This document shows, one piece after another, positions 48,491-57,455 of a stretch of 64,000 nt of DNA (its first letter is position 1; every line of letters begins with the position of its first letter). The notes under the pieces are model-generated. The model saw only the letters and a program-made list of their open reading frames with translations. It searched no databases and was not told where the DNA came from. This stretch comes from Caldilineaceae bacterium (GTDB lineage Bacteria; Chloroflexota; Anaerolineae; Caldilineales; Caldilineaceae): the NCBI GenBank assembly GCA_026989655.1, contig JALSIX010000077.1, positions 490 to 64,489 on the forward strand, written 5' to 3'. The position numbers and the translations under genes were made by a program.

Positions 48491-49771
48491 TCAGCGGATC
48501 ACCTCTACCCCGCCCATGTAGGGGCGCAGGACCTCCGGCACCACCACGGAGCCATCGGCCTGTTGGTAGTTCTCCAACACCGCGATGATCATCCGAGGCA
48601 GGGCCAGGCCCGAGCCGTTGAGGGTGTAGACGTACTCCGGGCGGGCACCCTCCCCGGGCCGGTAGCGGATGTTGGCCCGGCGGGCCTGGAAATCTCGGAA
48701 GAGGGAGCAGGAGCTCACCTCCAGCCATTCCTGGCAGCCGGGAGCCCAGACCTCGATGTCGTACTTCTTGGCCGCGACAAAGGAGAGATCGCCGGTGGCG
48801 ATCTCCACCCGACGGTAGGGAAGCTCCAGCCGCTCCACCAGCTCCTCCGCGTTCCGGGTGAGGGATTCCAACTCCTCCCGGCCGGTGTGGGGCTCCACGA
48901 ACTTGACCATCTCCACCTTCTCGAACTGGTGGACCCGCTTGATGCCCCGGACGTCCTTGCCCGCGGAGACCTTTTCCCGGCGGAAGCAGGGGGTGGCCGC
49001 CACATAGTAGCGGGGCAGGGTGCCCGGCTCCAGGATCTCCTCCCGGTGGAGGTTGGTCACCGGCACCTCGGCCGTGGGGATGAGCCAGTAGTCCTCCTCC
49101 GCATCCCGGTAGAGGGTGTCCGCGAACTTGGGCAGGTTGCCGGTGCCCACCATGCAGTGGGTGCGCACCATGAAGGGCGGATAGACCTCGATGTAGCCGT
49201 GCTCGTGGATGTGGACGTCCAGGAACCAGTTGATCAGGGCCCGCTGGAGCCGGGCACCCGCGCCCTTCAACACGTAGAAACGGCTGCCCGCGATCTTCAC
49301 CCCTCGTTCGAAGTCGATGATGTCCAGGGCCTCCGCCAGCTCCCAGTGGGGCCTGGGCGGGAAGTCGAAGGCCCGGGGCTCGCCCCACTCCTTCACCACC
49401 ACGTTGCCCGCCTCGTCGGGGGCCACGGGCACGTCCGGCTCCGGGATGTTGGGGATGCGGAGCATGGCCTCGTGGAAGGCCTCCTCCACCCGCCGGAGCT
49501 CCTCCTCCAACTGGGCGATCTGGTCGCCGATCTCCCGCATGCGCTCCTTCAGTGCGCTGGCCTCCTCGGCCCGGCCCTCCCGGTAGAGCTCGCCGATGCG
49601 CTTGGAGCCCGTGTTCCGCTCCGCGCGCAGGGCCTCCACCTGGGCCAGGAGCTTCCGGCGCTGTTCGTCCAGCTCCAGGGCCCGCTCCCAGGGCGCGTCC
49701 TCCGCGTAGAGCCGGCGCATGGCCTCGGCCAGGGCCTCTCGGTTCTCACGCATCCAGCGGATGTCCAGCAT
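48491..49771 (-). CDS. serS: Seryl-tRNA synthetase
   Basis: ORF 48491..49771 has the N-terminal coiled-coil arm. Class II motifs: RFYVLKGAGARLQRALINWF, CFRREKVSAGKDVRGIKRVHQFEKVE and GSGLALPRMIIAVLENYQ. Confidence 0.95.
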   Translation of the reverse strand: MLDIRWMRENREALAEAMRRLYAEDAPWERALELDEQRRKLLAQVEALRAERNTGSKRIGELYREGRAEEASALKERMREIGDQIAQLEEELRRVEEAFHEAMLRIPNIPEPDVPVAPDEAGNVVVKEWGEPRAFDFPPRPHWELAEALDIIDFERGVKIAGSRFYVLKGAGARLQRALINWFLDVHIHEHGYIEVYPPFMVRTHCMVGTGNLPKFADTLYRDAEEDYWLIPTAEVPVTNLHREEILEPGTLPRYYVAATPCFRREKVSAGKDVRGIKRVHQFEKVEMVKFVEPHTGREELESLTRNAEELVERLELPYRRVEIATGDLSFVAAKKYDIEVWAPGCQEWLEVSSCSLFRDFQARRANIRYRPGEGARPEYVYTLNGSGLALPRMIIAVLENYQQADGSVVVPEVLRPYMGGVEVIR

Positions 49772-49844
49772 GGCTGCCTCCCTTCCACACTGTGGGTCCA
49801 GAGTCCATCGGTGTCGGAGCGCTCATCGCCAGGACACTCCAACG

Positions 49845-49898
49845 ATCGTGTCCCATACCTTCCACCGTCCCATATCCACCCACGATCCCATATCCACC
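49845..49898 (-). repeat. Three tandem 18-nt repeats in the serS leader, between the T-box terminator and the RBS
   Basis: Minus strand: GGTGGATATGGGATCGTG / GGTGGATATGGGACGGTG / GAAGGTATGGGACACGAT, at 49898-49881, 49880-49863 and 49862-49845. Confidence 0.75.
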
Positions 49899-50165
49899 AA
49901 CGAAAAGGCCCCCTCGTCGGTCCAGGACGAGAGGGCCCGTGGTGCCACCTGGCTTCGCGAACCCCGGGGATGGGCGGGGTCCGCCTCGTGGGCCGATAAC
50001 GGGGCCAGACGCCCGGCCATTTCCTGCCGGGAGCTCCGGAGGGGCTATCCTGGGCCATCCCCTGTTGCCTCGCACCCACCGGCAACTCTCTGGAGGGGAA
50101 CCGACCCAGGACATGGCCTCCCTCATCGCCGATGGCGATATCCGCCATGTACAAGGTCCTTGGTG
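49899..50165 (-). promoter_or_regulatory. T-box riboswitch leader (Ser) with intrinsic terminator, upstream of serS
   Basis: Minus-strand elements, 5' to 3': GCGATGAG (K-turn-like base); AGAGAG at 50091-50086 followed by GGTGGGTGCGA (distal Stem I motifs); Ser codons AGC (50046-50044) and UCC (50040-50038) on the 3' side of Stem I; T-box sequence AGGTGGCACCACGG (49950-49937); terminator GGCCCTCTCGTC-CTGGACC-GACGAGGGGGCC-TTTT (49937-49903). Confidence 0.75.
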
Positions 50166-50171
50166 GACCGG

Positions 50172-50201
50172 AGTGTAGCACATCGATCTGGCCCTTGTCA
50201 A
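50172..50201 (-). promoter_or_regulatory. Candidate promoter of the serS T-box leader (TTGACA-18nt-TACACT)
   Basis: Minus strand: TTGACA at 50201-50196 and TACACT at 50177-50172. Confidence 0.45.
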
Positions 50202-50328
50202 TTCGGGCGGTATTCGGCCATGTCGGCGTTGTGGGCGGCGGATCCCAGGGCCGAGGATATCCGGGGGCCCGTCCGTGGGCGAAAGCGAGGACGGTCGACG
50301 GGGGCCTGGATGGCCCCAGGGGATGGGC

Positions 50329-51579
50329 TCACCCGCCGTATGCCCGGCGAACTTCCTGGCCGATGATCCGGAAGCCCTCCCGCACCACCTCTGGGTCCGC
50401 GGCGTAGCTGACCCGGATGCACTCCTGCTTGTGGCGCCACTCCTCGGCCAGGCCGGGGAAGAAGTGCTGGCCCGGCACCACCACCACGCCCTGTTCCTTG
50501 AGCCGCTGGTACAGCTCCTGGGCGGTGATGGGCAGGTTCCGGAACCAGAGCCAGACGAAGAAGGCCCCCTCGGGGCGGTGGACATGGTAGTCCGTGCCGG
50601 CCAGGCTCTGGTGGATGCATGCCAGGGCGTGCTCGGCCTTGGCCCGGTAGTGGGGGCGGATGACCTCGCGACACAGGCGGAGGACCTCCCGGCTCCGCAC
50701 CAGCTCCAGGGTCAGGGCTGGGCCGAAGTTGCCCGGGGCCAGGCTCAGGATGGCGTTCATCGCGGCCACGGCCCGGACGATCTCCGGCCGGGCCACCACG
50801 ATGCCCGTCCGCACCCCGGGCATGCCCAGCTTGGAGAGGCTCATGGTGAGGACCATGTGGGGGGCCCAGGGAAGCCCCGGATCCGTGTAGATGATCTCCG
50901 GGAAAGGCGCGCCGTAGGCGTTGTCCACGATGAGGGGGATCCCATGGTGCCGGGCCAGATGGCTGAGCTGGCTCAGCTCCTCCTGGGTGAGGACGTTCCC
51001 GGTGGGGTTCGTGGGCCGAGACACACAGATGGCCCCGATCTCCTCCGTCACCTGCAGGCGCTCGAAGTCCACGTGGTACTTGAACTGGCGCTCCGGCAGG
51101 TGTTCGATCTGGGGCCGGTGGGAGACGAAGATCTCGGGCTCGATGCCCACATCCGCGTAGCCGATGTACTCCGGCGCCAGGGGCAGGAGGATCCGACGGG
51201 ACACGCCGTCTGGGCCGGTGCCCGCGAAGAGGTTGAAGAGGTAGAAGAACGCGGTCTGGCTGCTGTTGGTGAGCGCGATGTGCTCGGGACCTACATCCCA
51301 GCCACACTCCTCCCGGAAGAGGCGGGCCAGGGCCTCCCGATAGGAGGCGTCCCCCTCCGGCCCGCTGTAGTAGCCCACCATCCGCTCGAACGCGCTGTCG
51401 CTGTCCAACACCCGTTCCATGGCCTGGCGCAGGACCGCATGGACCTGGGGGATCTGGGCCGGGTTGCCGCCCCCCAACATGCGCACGCCCGGGATCTGGG
51501 CCGCCTGGCCCAGATCGTCCATGAGCTGGAGAATGCCCGAGTGGCCCAGGAACTTGGCACCGAAGCGGGATACATCCAT
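50329..51579 (-). CDS. avtA: Valine-pyruvate (alanine-forming) aminotransferase, AvtA-like
   Basis: ORF 50329..51594 has a GTG start; ATG 51579 gives [24 protein letters not shown]...[11 protein letters not shown], which parallels the E. coli AvtA N-terminus as I recall it. PLP-lysine block [14 protein letters not shown]. Confidence 0.85.
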   Translation of the reverse strand: MDVSRFGAKFLGHSGILQLMDDLGQAAQIPGVRMLGGGNPAQIPQVHAVLRQAMERVLDSDSAFERMVGYYSGPEGDASYREALARLFREECGWDVGPEHIALTNSSQTAFFYLFNLFAGTGPDGVSRRILLPLAPEYIGYADVGIEPEIFVSHRPQIEHLPERQFKYHVDFERLQVTEEIGAICVSRPTNPTGNVLTQEELSQLSHLARHHGIPLIVDNAYGAPFPEIIYTDPGLPWAPHMVLTMSLSKLGMPGVRTGIVVARPEIVRAVAAMNAILSLAPGNFGPALTLELVRSREVLRLCREVIRPHYRAKAEHALACIHQSLAGTDYHVHRPEGAFFVWLWFRNLPITAQELYQRLKEQGVVVVPGQHFFPGLAEEWRHKQECIRVSYAADPEVVREGFRIIGQEVRRAYGG

Positions 51580-51741
51580 GGTTCGGAGATCCACGGTTCC
51601 GAGATCGACGAGAGCGAATCGATGGAGGCAGGCTCCTCGGATGGCAACACGAGGGCGCCCATGGGGCTCCGGTTTCGGAGAACGGGGGGGCTCGGCCCCT
51701 GCCCGGCCCTAACATATCGCCCCCCTGGACGGCCGCCGGAT

Positions 51742-51750
51742 ATTGTACCA
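51742..51750 (-). promoter_or_regulatory. Candidate extended -10 (TGgTACAAT) upstream of avtA
   Basis: The minus strand reads TGGTACAAT at 51750-51742, about 165 nt upstream of ATG 51579. Confidence 0.3.
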
Positions 51751-51874
51751 CAGGGGCTGGGGGAGGCGCATACAGCCCGACCGCGCAACGCGCAGGCCCT
51801 CATCCCCCAGACCCCATCACGGTGACGGTTCCCTTGCCATGGCGCAGCGGAGCTGCCCAGACCTGCGCAAGAGG

Positions 51875-53209
51875 CTATCGGCTCACCTCCGCGATGGCGT
51901 CCCCCAGGATCTGGACCATCCGATCCACCTCCTCCTCGCGGATGACATAGGGCGGAGCCATCTCCAGGATGTCGCCCACCGCCCGCAGGAGGAGGCCGCG
52001 CTCCTGGCAGGCCCGTTGGACCTTGGCCCCCAGGTTGGCTGGGGCCTTGCTCTCCCGGTCGGCCACCAGCTCCACCGCGGCCATGAGCCCCAGGCCCCGG
52101 ACCTCGCCCACGCAGTCGAACTCGTAGAGGCCCTGCAGGCCATCCAGCAGGCGCCTGCCCAGGGCCGCGGCCCGTTCCACCAGCCCCTCCCGCTCCAGGA
52201 TCTCCAGGTTCTTCAGGGCCACCGCACAGCAGGTGGGATGGCCCGAGTAGGTGAAGGCATGCATCCACGTCTCCTCCTGGGGCGCGCTGCGGATGGCGTC
52301 GTGGATCTCGTCCGAGATCTGGATGCCGCCCAGGGGAAGGTAGCCGCTGGTGATGCCCTTGGCAAAGGACAGGATGTCCGGCTGGACGCCCCAGTGGTGG
52401 AGCCCAAACCACTTGCCGGTCCGGCCGAAGCCGGTGATCACCTCGTCCGCGATGAGGAGGACCTGGTGCCGATCGCAGATGGCCCGCAGATGGGGGAAAT
52501 AGTCGTCCGGGGGCACGATGACGCCCCCCGCGCCCTGCACCGGCTCCGCGATGACCGCGGCCACCGTGTCCGGCCCCTCCCGCAGGATGGCCTCCTCCAC
52601 GGCCCGAGCGGCGGCCTGGCCCACGGTCTCCCCGGGCTTCACCTCGCCCTGGAACCGGTAGGGATAGGGTGCGGGCACATGGACAAAGCCCGGCACCCGG
52701 GGCTCGAACATCTTCCAGAAGGCCGGGAGGCCGGTGGCGCTCATGGCCGCCAGGGTCACCCCGTGATAGGCCCGTTCTCGGGCGATGATCTTGTACTTTC
52801 CCGGCTTGCCCTTCCGCTTCCAGTAGTAGCGAGCCGTCTTGAACGCGCTCTCGTTGGCCTCCGCGCCGCCGGAGGTGAAGAAGGTGGTGTGGAGGTTCGG
52901 GTAGGCGAAGCCCGCCAGCCTGGCGGCCAGCTCGATGGCCGGCAGGTTGCTGGCCCCCACGTAGTTGGACGCGTAGGCCAGCCGGGCCATCTGGGTCCGG
53001 GCCGCCTCGGCCAGCTCCTGGTTGCCGTGGCCCACCAGCACGTTCCACAGGCCGGCCAGGCCATCGATGTACTCCCGGCCCTCCACATCCCGAAGCCACA
53101 CCCCGTGCCCAGACTCGAAGATGCGCGCGTCGGCGTGGGCCGAGGGATGGTGGAGGGGATGGAGCAGGTGTTCGTGATCGCGCTGCAGCAGGGTGGCGTA
53201 GGTGCTCAT
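51875..53209 (-). CDS. Class-III (omega-type) PLP-dependent aminotransferase
   Basis: In-frame tail of ORF 51875..54592 from ATG 53209 (GGAGAGAGGAG upstream). Contains TSGGAEANESAFK, AVIAEPVQGAGGVIVPP, LLIADEVITGFGRTGKWFG and DILSFAKGITSGYLPLGG. Confidence 0.9.
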   Translation of the reverse strand: MSTYATLLQRDHEHLLHPLHHPSAHADARIFESGHGVWLRDVEGREYIDGLAGLWNVLVGHGNQELAEAARTQMARLAYASNYVGASNLPAIELAARLAGFAYPNLHTTFFTSGGAEANESAFKTARYYWKRKGKPGKYKIIARERAYHGVTLAAMSATGLPAFWKMFEPRVPGFVHVPAPYPYRFQGEVKPGETVGQAAARAVEEAILREGPDTVAAVIAEPVQGAGGVIVPPDDYFPHLRAICDRHQVLLIADEVITGFGRTGKWFGLHHWGVQPDILSFAKGITSGYLPLGGIQISDEIHDAIRSAPQEETWMHAFTYSGHPTCCAVALKNLEILEREGLVERAAALGRRLLDGLQGLYEFDCVGEVRGLGLMAAVELVADRESKAPANLGAKVQRACQERGLLLRAVGDILEMAPPYVIREEEVDRMVQILGDAIAEVSR

Positions 53210-53262
53210 GAGCTCCTCTCTCCTGTCGGAGGTGGGGCGGATCCCAGGCAGATGCCGAGGGG

Positions 53263-54660
53263 TCAGCCCCCCTTTTGGGTCGCCATCGCGTCCATGAACG
53301 CGATGCTGGTCCGGATGCCCCGATAGAAGTTGGGCAGGTGGAACCTCTCGTTGGGGGCGTGGAGATTGTCGTCGGGCAGGCCAAAGCCCATGAGGACGAT
53401 GGGCACTTCCAGGACCTGCTGGAACACGGCTGCCACCGGGATGGAGCCCCCTTCTCGGCTGAAGAGGGGGGAAACGCCGAAGCCCTGGACATAGGCCTGG
53501 GCCGCGGCCTGGACGGCCGGGCTGTCCAAGGGCACCAGGACGGCCGGCGCTCCACCCCAGGAGGTCACCTCCACCTGCACCGTGGGCGGTGCCAAGGCCT
53601 GCAGGTGGTCCTGGATGAGCCGGCCGATCTCCTCCGGATCCTGGTCCGGCACCAGACGGCAGGAGAGCTTGGCATGGGCCTCCGCGGGGATCACGGTCTT
53701 GATGCCCGGGCCGGTGAACCCTCCCCACAGGCCGTTGATCTCCAGGGTGGGCCGGGCGCCGATCCGCTCCACCGGCGTGTACTCCGGCTCGCCCCAGGCC
53801 CTGGGCACGCCGCTCTCGGCCCGGAGCCGCTCCTCGTCGAAGGGCACCTGGGCCAGAGCCTCCCGTTCCCGGGGCGAGAGGGGACGCACCCGGTCGTAGA
53901 AGCCGGGCACCGCCACCCGGCCCTGGCCATCGTGGAGCGCGGCCAGGAGCTCGGCCAGGGCCTGGTTCGGGTTGTGGACCGCACCGCCAAAGGAACCGCT
54001 GTGCAGGTCCCGACCCGGGCCCCGGACCGTCACCTGCCCGGCCCACAGTCCCCGCAGCCCATAGACGATCACCGGCTGGTCCGGCCCCAGGATGGGCGAG
54101 TCGGAGATCAGGACCACATCCGCCCGGTAACGTCCAGGATGGCTCGAGACATCCTGCATCAGCCAGGGGCTGCCCACCTCCTCCTCTCCCTCCACCACGA
54201 ACTTCACGTTCACCGGCAAGCGGCCTCGGACGGCCAACAGGGCCTCCACCGCCTTCACATGGACGAAGACCTGCCCCTTGTCGTCCGAGGCGCCCCGAGC
54301 ATACAGATCCTCGCCCCGAGGGCCCGACCGCACCGTGGGCTCGAAGGGGGGTGTCTCCCACCTCTCCAGGGGATCCACCGGCTGCACGTCGTAGTGGCCG
54401 TAGACCAGGACCGTGGGGGCATCCGGCCCCGCGTGGAGCCAGTCCCCTCGGACCACGGGATGGCCGGAGGTGGAGAGGACCTCCACGTGTTCCAGGCCCG
54501 CGGCCTCCATCCGCGCTGCGAGCCACCGGGCCGCCCGCAGCAGGTCCTCTCGGTGTTCGGGCAGGGTGCTGATGCTGGGAATACGCAGCCACTCCACCAG
54601 CTCGGCCAACTGGCGGTCCCGGTGGCTCGCCAGGTAGGCCTCCAACGGACTTCGGCGCAT
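53263..54660 (-). CDS. M20-family dipeptidase (ArgE/DapE/ACY1/CPG2-like)
   Basis: ORF 53263..54714 trimmed to ATG 54660 (GGAGGAG upstream). Contains VLVYGHYDVQPVDP, ARGASDDKGQ, VVEGEEEVGS and LHAPNERF. Confidence 0.9.
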   Translation of the reverse strand: MRRSPLEAYLASHRDRQLAELVEWLRIPSISTLPEHREDLLRAARWLAARMEAAGLEHVEVLSTSGHPVVRGDWLHAGPDAPTVLVYGHYDVQPVDPLERWETPPFEPTVRSGPRGEDLYARGASDDKGQVFVHVKAVEALLAVRGRLPVNVKFVVEGEEEVGSPWLMQDVSSHPGRYRADVVLISDSPILGPDQPVIVYGLRGLWAGQVTVRGPGRDLHSGSFGGAVHNPNQALAELLAALHDGQGRVAVPGFYDRVRPLSPREREALAQVPFDEERLRAESGVPRAWGEPEYTPVERIGARPTLEINGLWGGFTGPGIKTVIPAEAHAKLSCRLVPDQDPEEIGRLIQDHLQALAPPTVQVEVTSWGGAPAVLVPLDSPAVQAAAQAYVQGFGVSPLFSREGGSIPVAAVFQQVLEVPIVLMGFGLPDDNLHAPNERFHLPNFYRGIRTSIAFMDAMATQKGG

Positions 54661-54710
54661 GGGGGCTCCTCCAGGACGTGGCACGGGCCGGGCCGGCGCG
54701 CGGCCCTCAC

Positions 54711-54744
54711 CCAATGGACCGGTTTAGGCCATTGGCTGTATAAT
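54711..54744 (+). promoter_or_regulatory. Candidate promoter (TGGACC-18nt-TATAAT) with an overlapping inverted repeat CCAATGG-N11-CCATTGG
   Basis: TGGACC at 54715-54720 and TATAAT at 54739-54744, the latter preceded by TG. The inverted repeat is at 54711-54717 and 54729-54735. It lies in the divergent region between the two M20 genes. Confidence 0.4.
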
Positions 54745-54895
54745 AGACGAGAGAGGGATTGCAGGCAAAGGCCGCCCCGGGCCAGAGATGAGAACCGGTC
54801 GCCTCGGTCTCCCCGGCCCTGGGCCATGTCCGGGGCCCGGCCGGAGCCCCACCGCATCCGGAGCGACGTCCACGCCACATCCAAGGAGCCCATCC

Positions 54896-56107
54896 ATGAC
54901 CATGCCTTCCGTACCCGGACCCGAGATCTTCCAACGGGCCAAGGCCCTGCACGAACAGATCCGCACCTGGCGGCGGACCATCCACCGCTACCCGGAGCTG
55001 AGCTTCACCGAGCACCGGACCGCGGGGCTGGTCAACGCCACCCTGGTGGACCTGGGCATCCCCACCCAGACCGAGGTCGCGAGGACCGGGGTGGTGGGGG
55101 AGATCCGGGGTGGCCAGGGCCCCACCGTGGCCCTGCGCGCGGACATGGACGCGCTGCCCATCCAGGAGGCCAACGGCACGGAGTTCGACAGCACCCGGCC
55201 GGGGATCATGCACGCCTGCGGCCACGACGCCCACACGGCCATGCTCCTGGGCGCGGCCGTCCTCCTGAAGGAGCTGGCCGACCAGGGACGACTGCCCGGC
55301 ACGGTCCGTCTCCTCTTCCAGCCCTCGGAGGAGGCCTCGGACGAGGAGGGCAAGTCCGGCGGCCTGCGCATGGTGGAGGAGGGCGTCCTGGACGGGGTGG
55401 ACGCGGTCTTCGGACTCCACGTGGACCCCACCGCGGACGTGGGGGTGATCCGCACCCGCTCAGGCCCTCTGCTGGCCGCGGCCGACGAGTTCGTCCTCAC
55501 CATCCAGGGCAAGGGCGGCCACGCGGCCCGGCCCCAGGACGCGTTGGATCCCATCTGGCTGGCCGGACACGTGATCCAGGCCATCCACGGGGTGGTCAGC
55601 CGACGGCTCGACCCCCTGGCATCCGGGGTGATCACCATCGGCCAGATCCACGGCGGCACCGTGAACAACGTGATCCCCGAGAGCGTCACCCTCAACGGCA
55701 CCATCCGCTCCTTCACACCGGAGACCCGCACCCAGCTCCAGGCCGAGCTGCGACGGGCCGCGTCGGTGGTGGAGCCCCTGGGCGGCCGCTTCGAGCTCGC
55801 CATCCACCCGGGCTATCCCCCCACGGTGTTGGACCCCGAGGCCACGGAGACCGCCATGGCCGCGGCCCGGGAGTTCCTGGGCGAGGCAAACGTCCAGGTC
55901 TCCGAGCCCGTGATGGGGGCCGAGGACTTCAGCTACATGGCCCAGGCCGCGCCGGGCAGCTTTCTCTTCCTAGGAGTACACAACCCGGACTGGGAGGAGA
56001 TCTACTACGTGCACACGCCCACCTTCCGCCTGGACGAGGATGCCCTGCCCATCGGCGCGGCGGCCCTGGCCGCGGCCGCGGTGCGATGGCTGGAGACACA
56101 CCGATAG
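54896..56107 (+). CDS. M20D-family amidohydrolase (N-acyl-L-amino-acid amidohydrolase / hippurate hydrolase-like)
   Basis: ORF 54788..56107 trimmed to ATG 54896 (AAGGAG lies 7 nt upstream). Contains [38 protein letters not shown] and GKGGHAA. Confidence 0.9.
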   Translation: MTMPSVPGPEIFQRAKALHEQIRTWRRTIHRYPELSFTEHRTAGLVNATLVDLGIPTQTEVARTGVVGEIRGGQGPTVALRADMDALPIQEANGTEFDSTRPGIMHACGHDAHTAMLLGAAVLLKELADQGRLPGTVRLLFQPSEEASDEEGKSGGLRMVEEGVLDGVDAVFGLHVDPTADVGVIRTRSGPLLAAADEFVLTIQGKGGHAARPQDALDPIWLAGHVIQAIHGVVSRRLDPLASGVITIGQIHGGTVNNVIPESVTLNGTIRSFTPETRTQLQAELRRAASVVEPLGGRFELAIHPGYPPTVLDPEATETAMAAAREFLGEANVQVSEPVMGAEDFSYMAQAAPGSFLFLGVHNPDWEEIYYVHTPTFRLDEDALPIGAAALAAAAVRWLETHR

Positions 56108-56137
56108 CGAACAGAGACCCTGAGAACCCCAGTCCCT

Positions 56138-56908
56138 ATGGCGTCCCACCCCACACCCATCTCCCTGGACCGACTGCTGGCCCGGTCGGCCCGCCCGATC
56201 CTGGTGCTGGTCGCATGGCTCCTGGCAGCCTGCGCACCGGATCCCCAGCCCTTGGTCTTCGGCCCCCCTGTCTGGACGGACGGCGAGGTGAGCCTCTACC
56301 GGGCCGTGGACCGACGGGGCGAGGTGGTCGGCGGGGTCCGTTACCAGGTTCGGGCCGGCGGCCTACACGTGGACCCGGACGGGTGGACCCTGGTGCGGGA
56401 GGTCACCGAGGCCGAGGCCTCGGAGGTGGTCACCGTGGAGATGGCCGGCCCGGGCTACATCCCGGTCTACACCGCGCTGGAGCGACGGGACGACCAGGGA
56501 AGCCAACGGGTGGAGACCCGCATCCAGCGGACCCAGGCCGACCTGACCCTGACCGACCGCCAGGGCAACGTCACCTACCAACGGCTGGACATCCCCTCGG
56601 ACATCCGGGACGAGCGCACCCTGCCCCTCATCGTCCGAGCCCTGCCCCTGGAGCCCGGATACCTGGCCCGGATGAACAGCTTCCTGCCCGTGGTGGGGGT
56701 CTTCGAACGGGTGACCGTCCAGGTACGGGCCCCCGAGGAGATCACGGTGCCGGCCGGCCGCTTCCAGGCCTGGAAGGTGACCCTGGAAACCAACGACCGG
56801 ACCACCACGTTGTGGATAGGCGTGGAGCCTCCCCATCCCACGGTCAAGATCCAGGACGGCCGCTCTCGGGCCACCTTCGAGCTGCTGGAGTTCACGCCTG
56901 GACGATGA
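56138..56908 (+). CDS. Hypothetical lipoprotein (possibly DUF3108-like beta-barrel)
   Basis: ORF 56138..56908 has the lipobox LVLVAWLLAAC. It is beta-rich and ends ...ITVPAGRFQAWKVTLETNDRTTTLWIGVEPPHPTVKIQDG. The family call is tentative. Confidence 0.6.
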   Translation: MASHPTPISLDRLLARSARPILVLVAWLLAACAPDPQPLVFGPPVWTDGEVSLYRAVDRRGEVVGGVRYQVRAGGLHVDPDGWTLVREVTEAEASEVVTVEMAGPGYIPVYTALERRDDQGSQRVETRIQRTQADLTLTDRQGNVTYQRLDIPSDIRDERTLPLIVRALPLEPGYLARMNSFLPVVGVFERVTVQVRAPEEITVPAGRFQAWKVTLETNDRTTTLWIGVEPPHPTVKIQDGRSRATFELLEFTPGR

Positions 56909-56975
56909 AGGTCGCCAGGAAGTCGGGACAGGCGCCGAGGTCGGTGGGATGGCAGCCATCGGAGGAGAGTGGAAC

Positions 56976-57455
56976 ATGGATCGATTCACCCTCGGCACCA
57001 TCATCCTGGTGGTTGCCCTGGTGGTCGGAGCCGTGGCAGTGGTGAACCTGGGCCGTCCACCGGACCGGTTCCCCGCCTATCGTCAGGAGGACACCCCCGA
57101 GGCCGCGGTCCACAACCTGGTGGTGGCCACGGTCCAGGAGGACAGGGAGCGCCTCCGCGAGCTGGTCACCCAGGAGACCCTGGAATGGTGGGCGGAGCAG
57201 GAGGCGATCCGCCCGATGCCTCCCCTGCCCGAGCTGCCTCTGTGGGGCAACTGGGAGGACATGCGGGTCCGGATCCTCCGGGTGGAGCCCGTGGACCCGG
57301 ACAAGGTCCAGGTCACCCTGGCCATCGACCGGTTCCGCTCCGGCGGCCTCTTCGACAGCAATGTGTGGACCGAGACCGTGGTCCTCACCGTGGTGCGGGA
57401 GGACGGCCGTTGGAAGGTGGACCTGGTGCCCGAGCGGGTGAGGTGGATCCCATGA
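56976..57455 (+). CDS. Membrane-anchored hypothetical protein (NTF2/SnoaL-like ectodomain by eye)
   Basis: ORF 56949..57455 trimmed to ATG 56976 (GGAGGAGAG upstream). TM segment LGTIILVVALVVGAVAVV. The end, VVLTVVREDGRWKVD, is typical of NTF2-like folds. The stop overlaps the next ATG (ATGA). Confidence 0.6.
   Translation: MDRFTLGTIILVVALVVGAVAVVNLGRPPDRFPAYRQEDTPEAAVHNLVVATVQEDRERLRELVTQETLEWWAEQEAIRPMPPLPELPLWGNWEDMRVRILRVEPVDPDKVQVTLAIDRFRSGGLFDSNVWTETVVLTVVREDGRWKVDLVPERVRWIP

Noticed and set aside
45756-48491. Search for a NurA, Sir2 or other effector partner, which would make the HerA-like ATPase part of a known two-gene system or defence island
   Set aside because: The flanks are a convergent DHOD-like gene and serS, and no small unannotated ORF with protein-like composition fits in the 31-nt or 115-nt gaps. 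The ATPase is therefore reported only as an orphan of unknown role.
49845-49898. Tandem 18-nt repeats considered as a mini CRISPR-like or satellite array
   Set aside because: There are only about three contiguous units with no spacers, and the repeats lie inside the serS 5' leader. No cas genes are in the window. I treated them as a leader-embedded repeat instead.
46166-49999. 1277-aa plus-strand ORF opposite the HerA-like ATPase and serS
   Set aside because: It is antisense to two genes with unambiguous signatures (Walker A/B; class II aaRS motifs), so it is a shadow ORF.
53275-57045. 1256-aa plus-strand ORF, together with the 1056-aa minus-strand ORF 57083..60253
   Set aside because: Both run antisense or out of frame across several well-supported genes (M20 peptidases, the hexa-repeat membrane protein, the metallophosphoesterase). 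Their composition is typical of high-GC artefacts.
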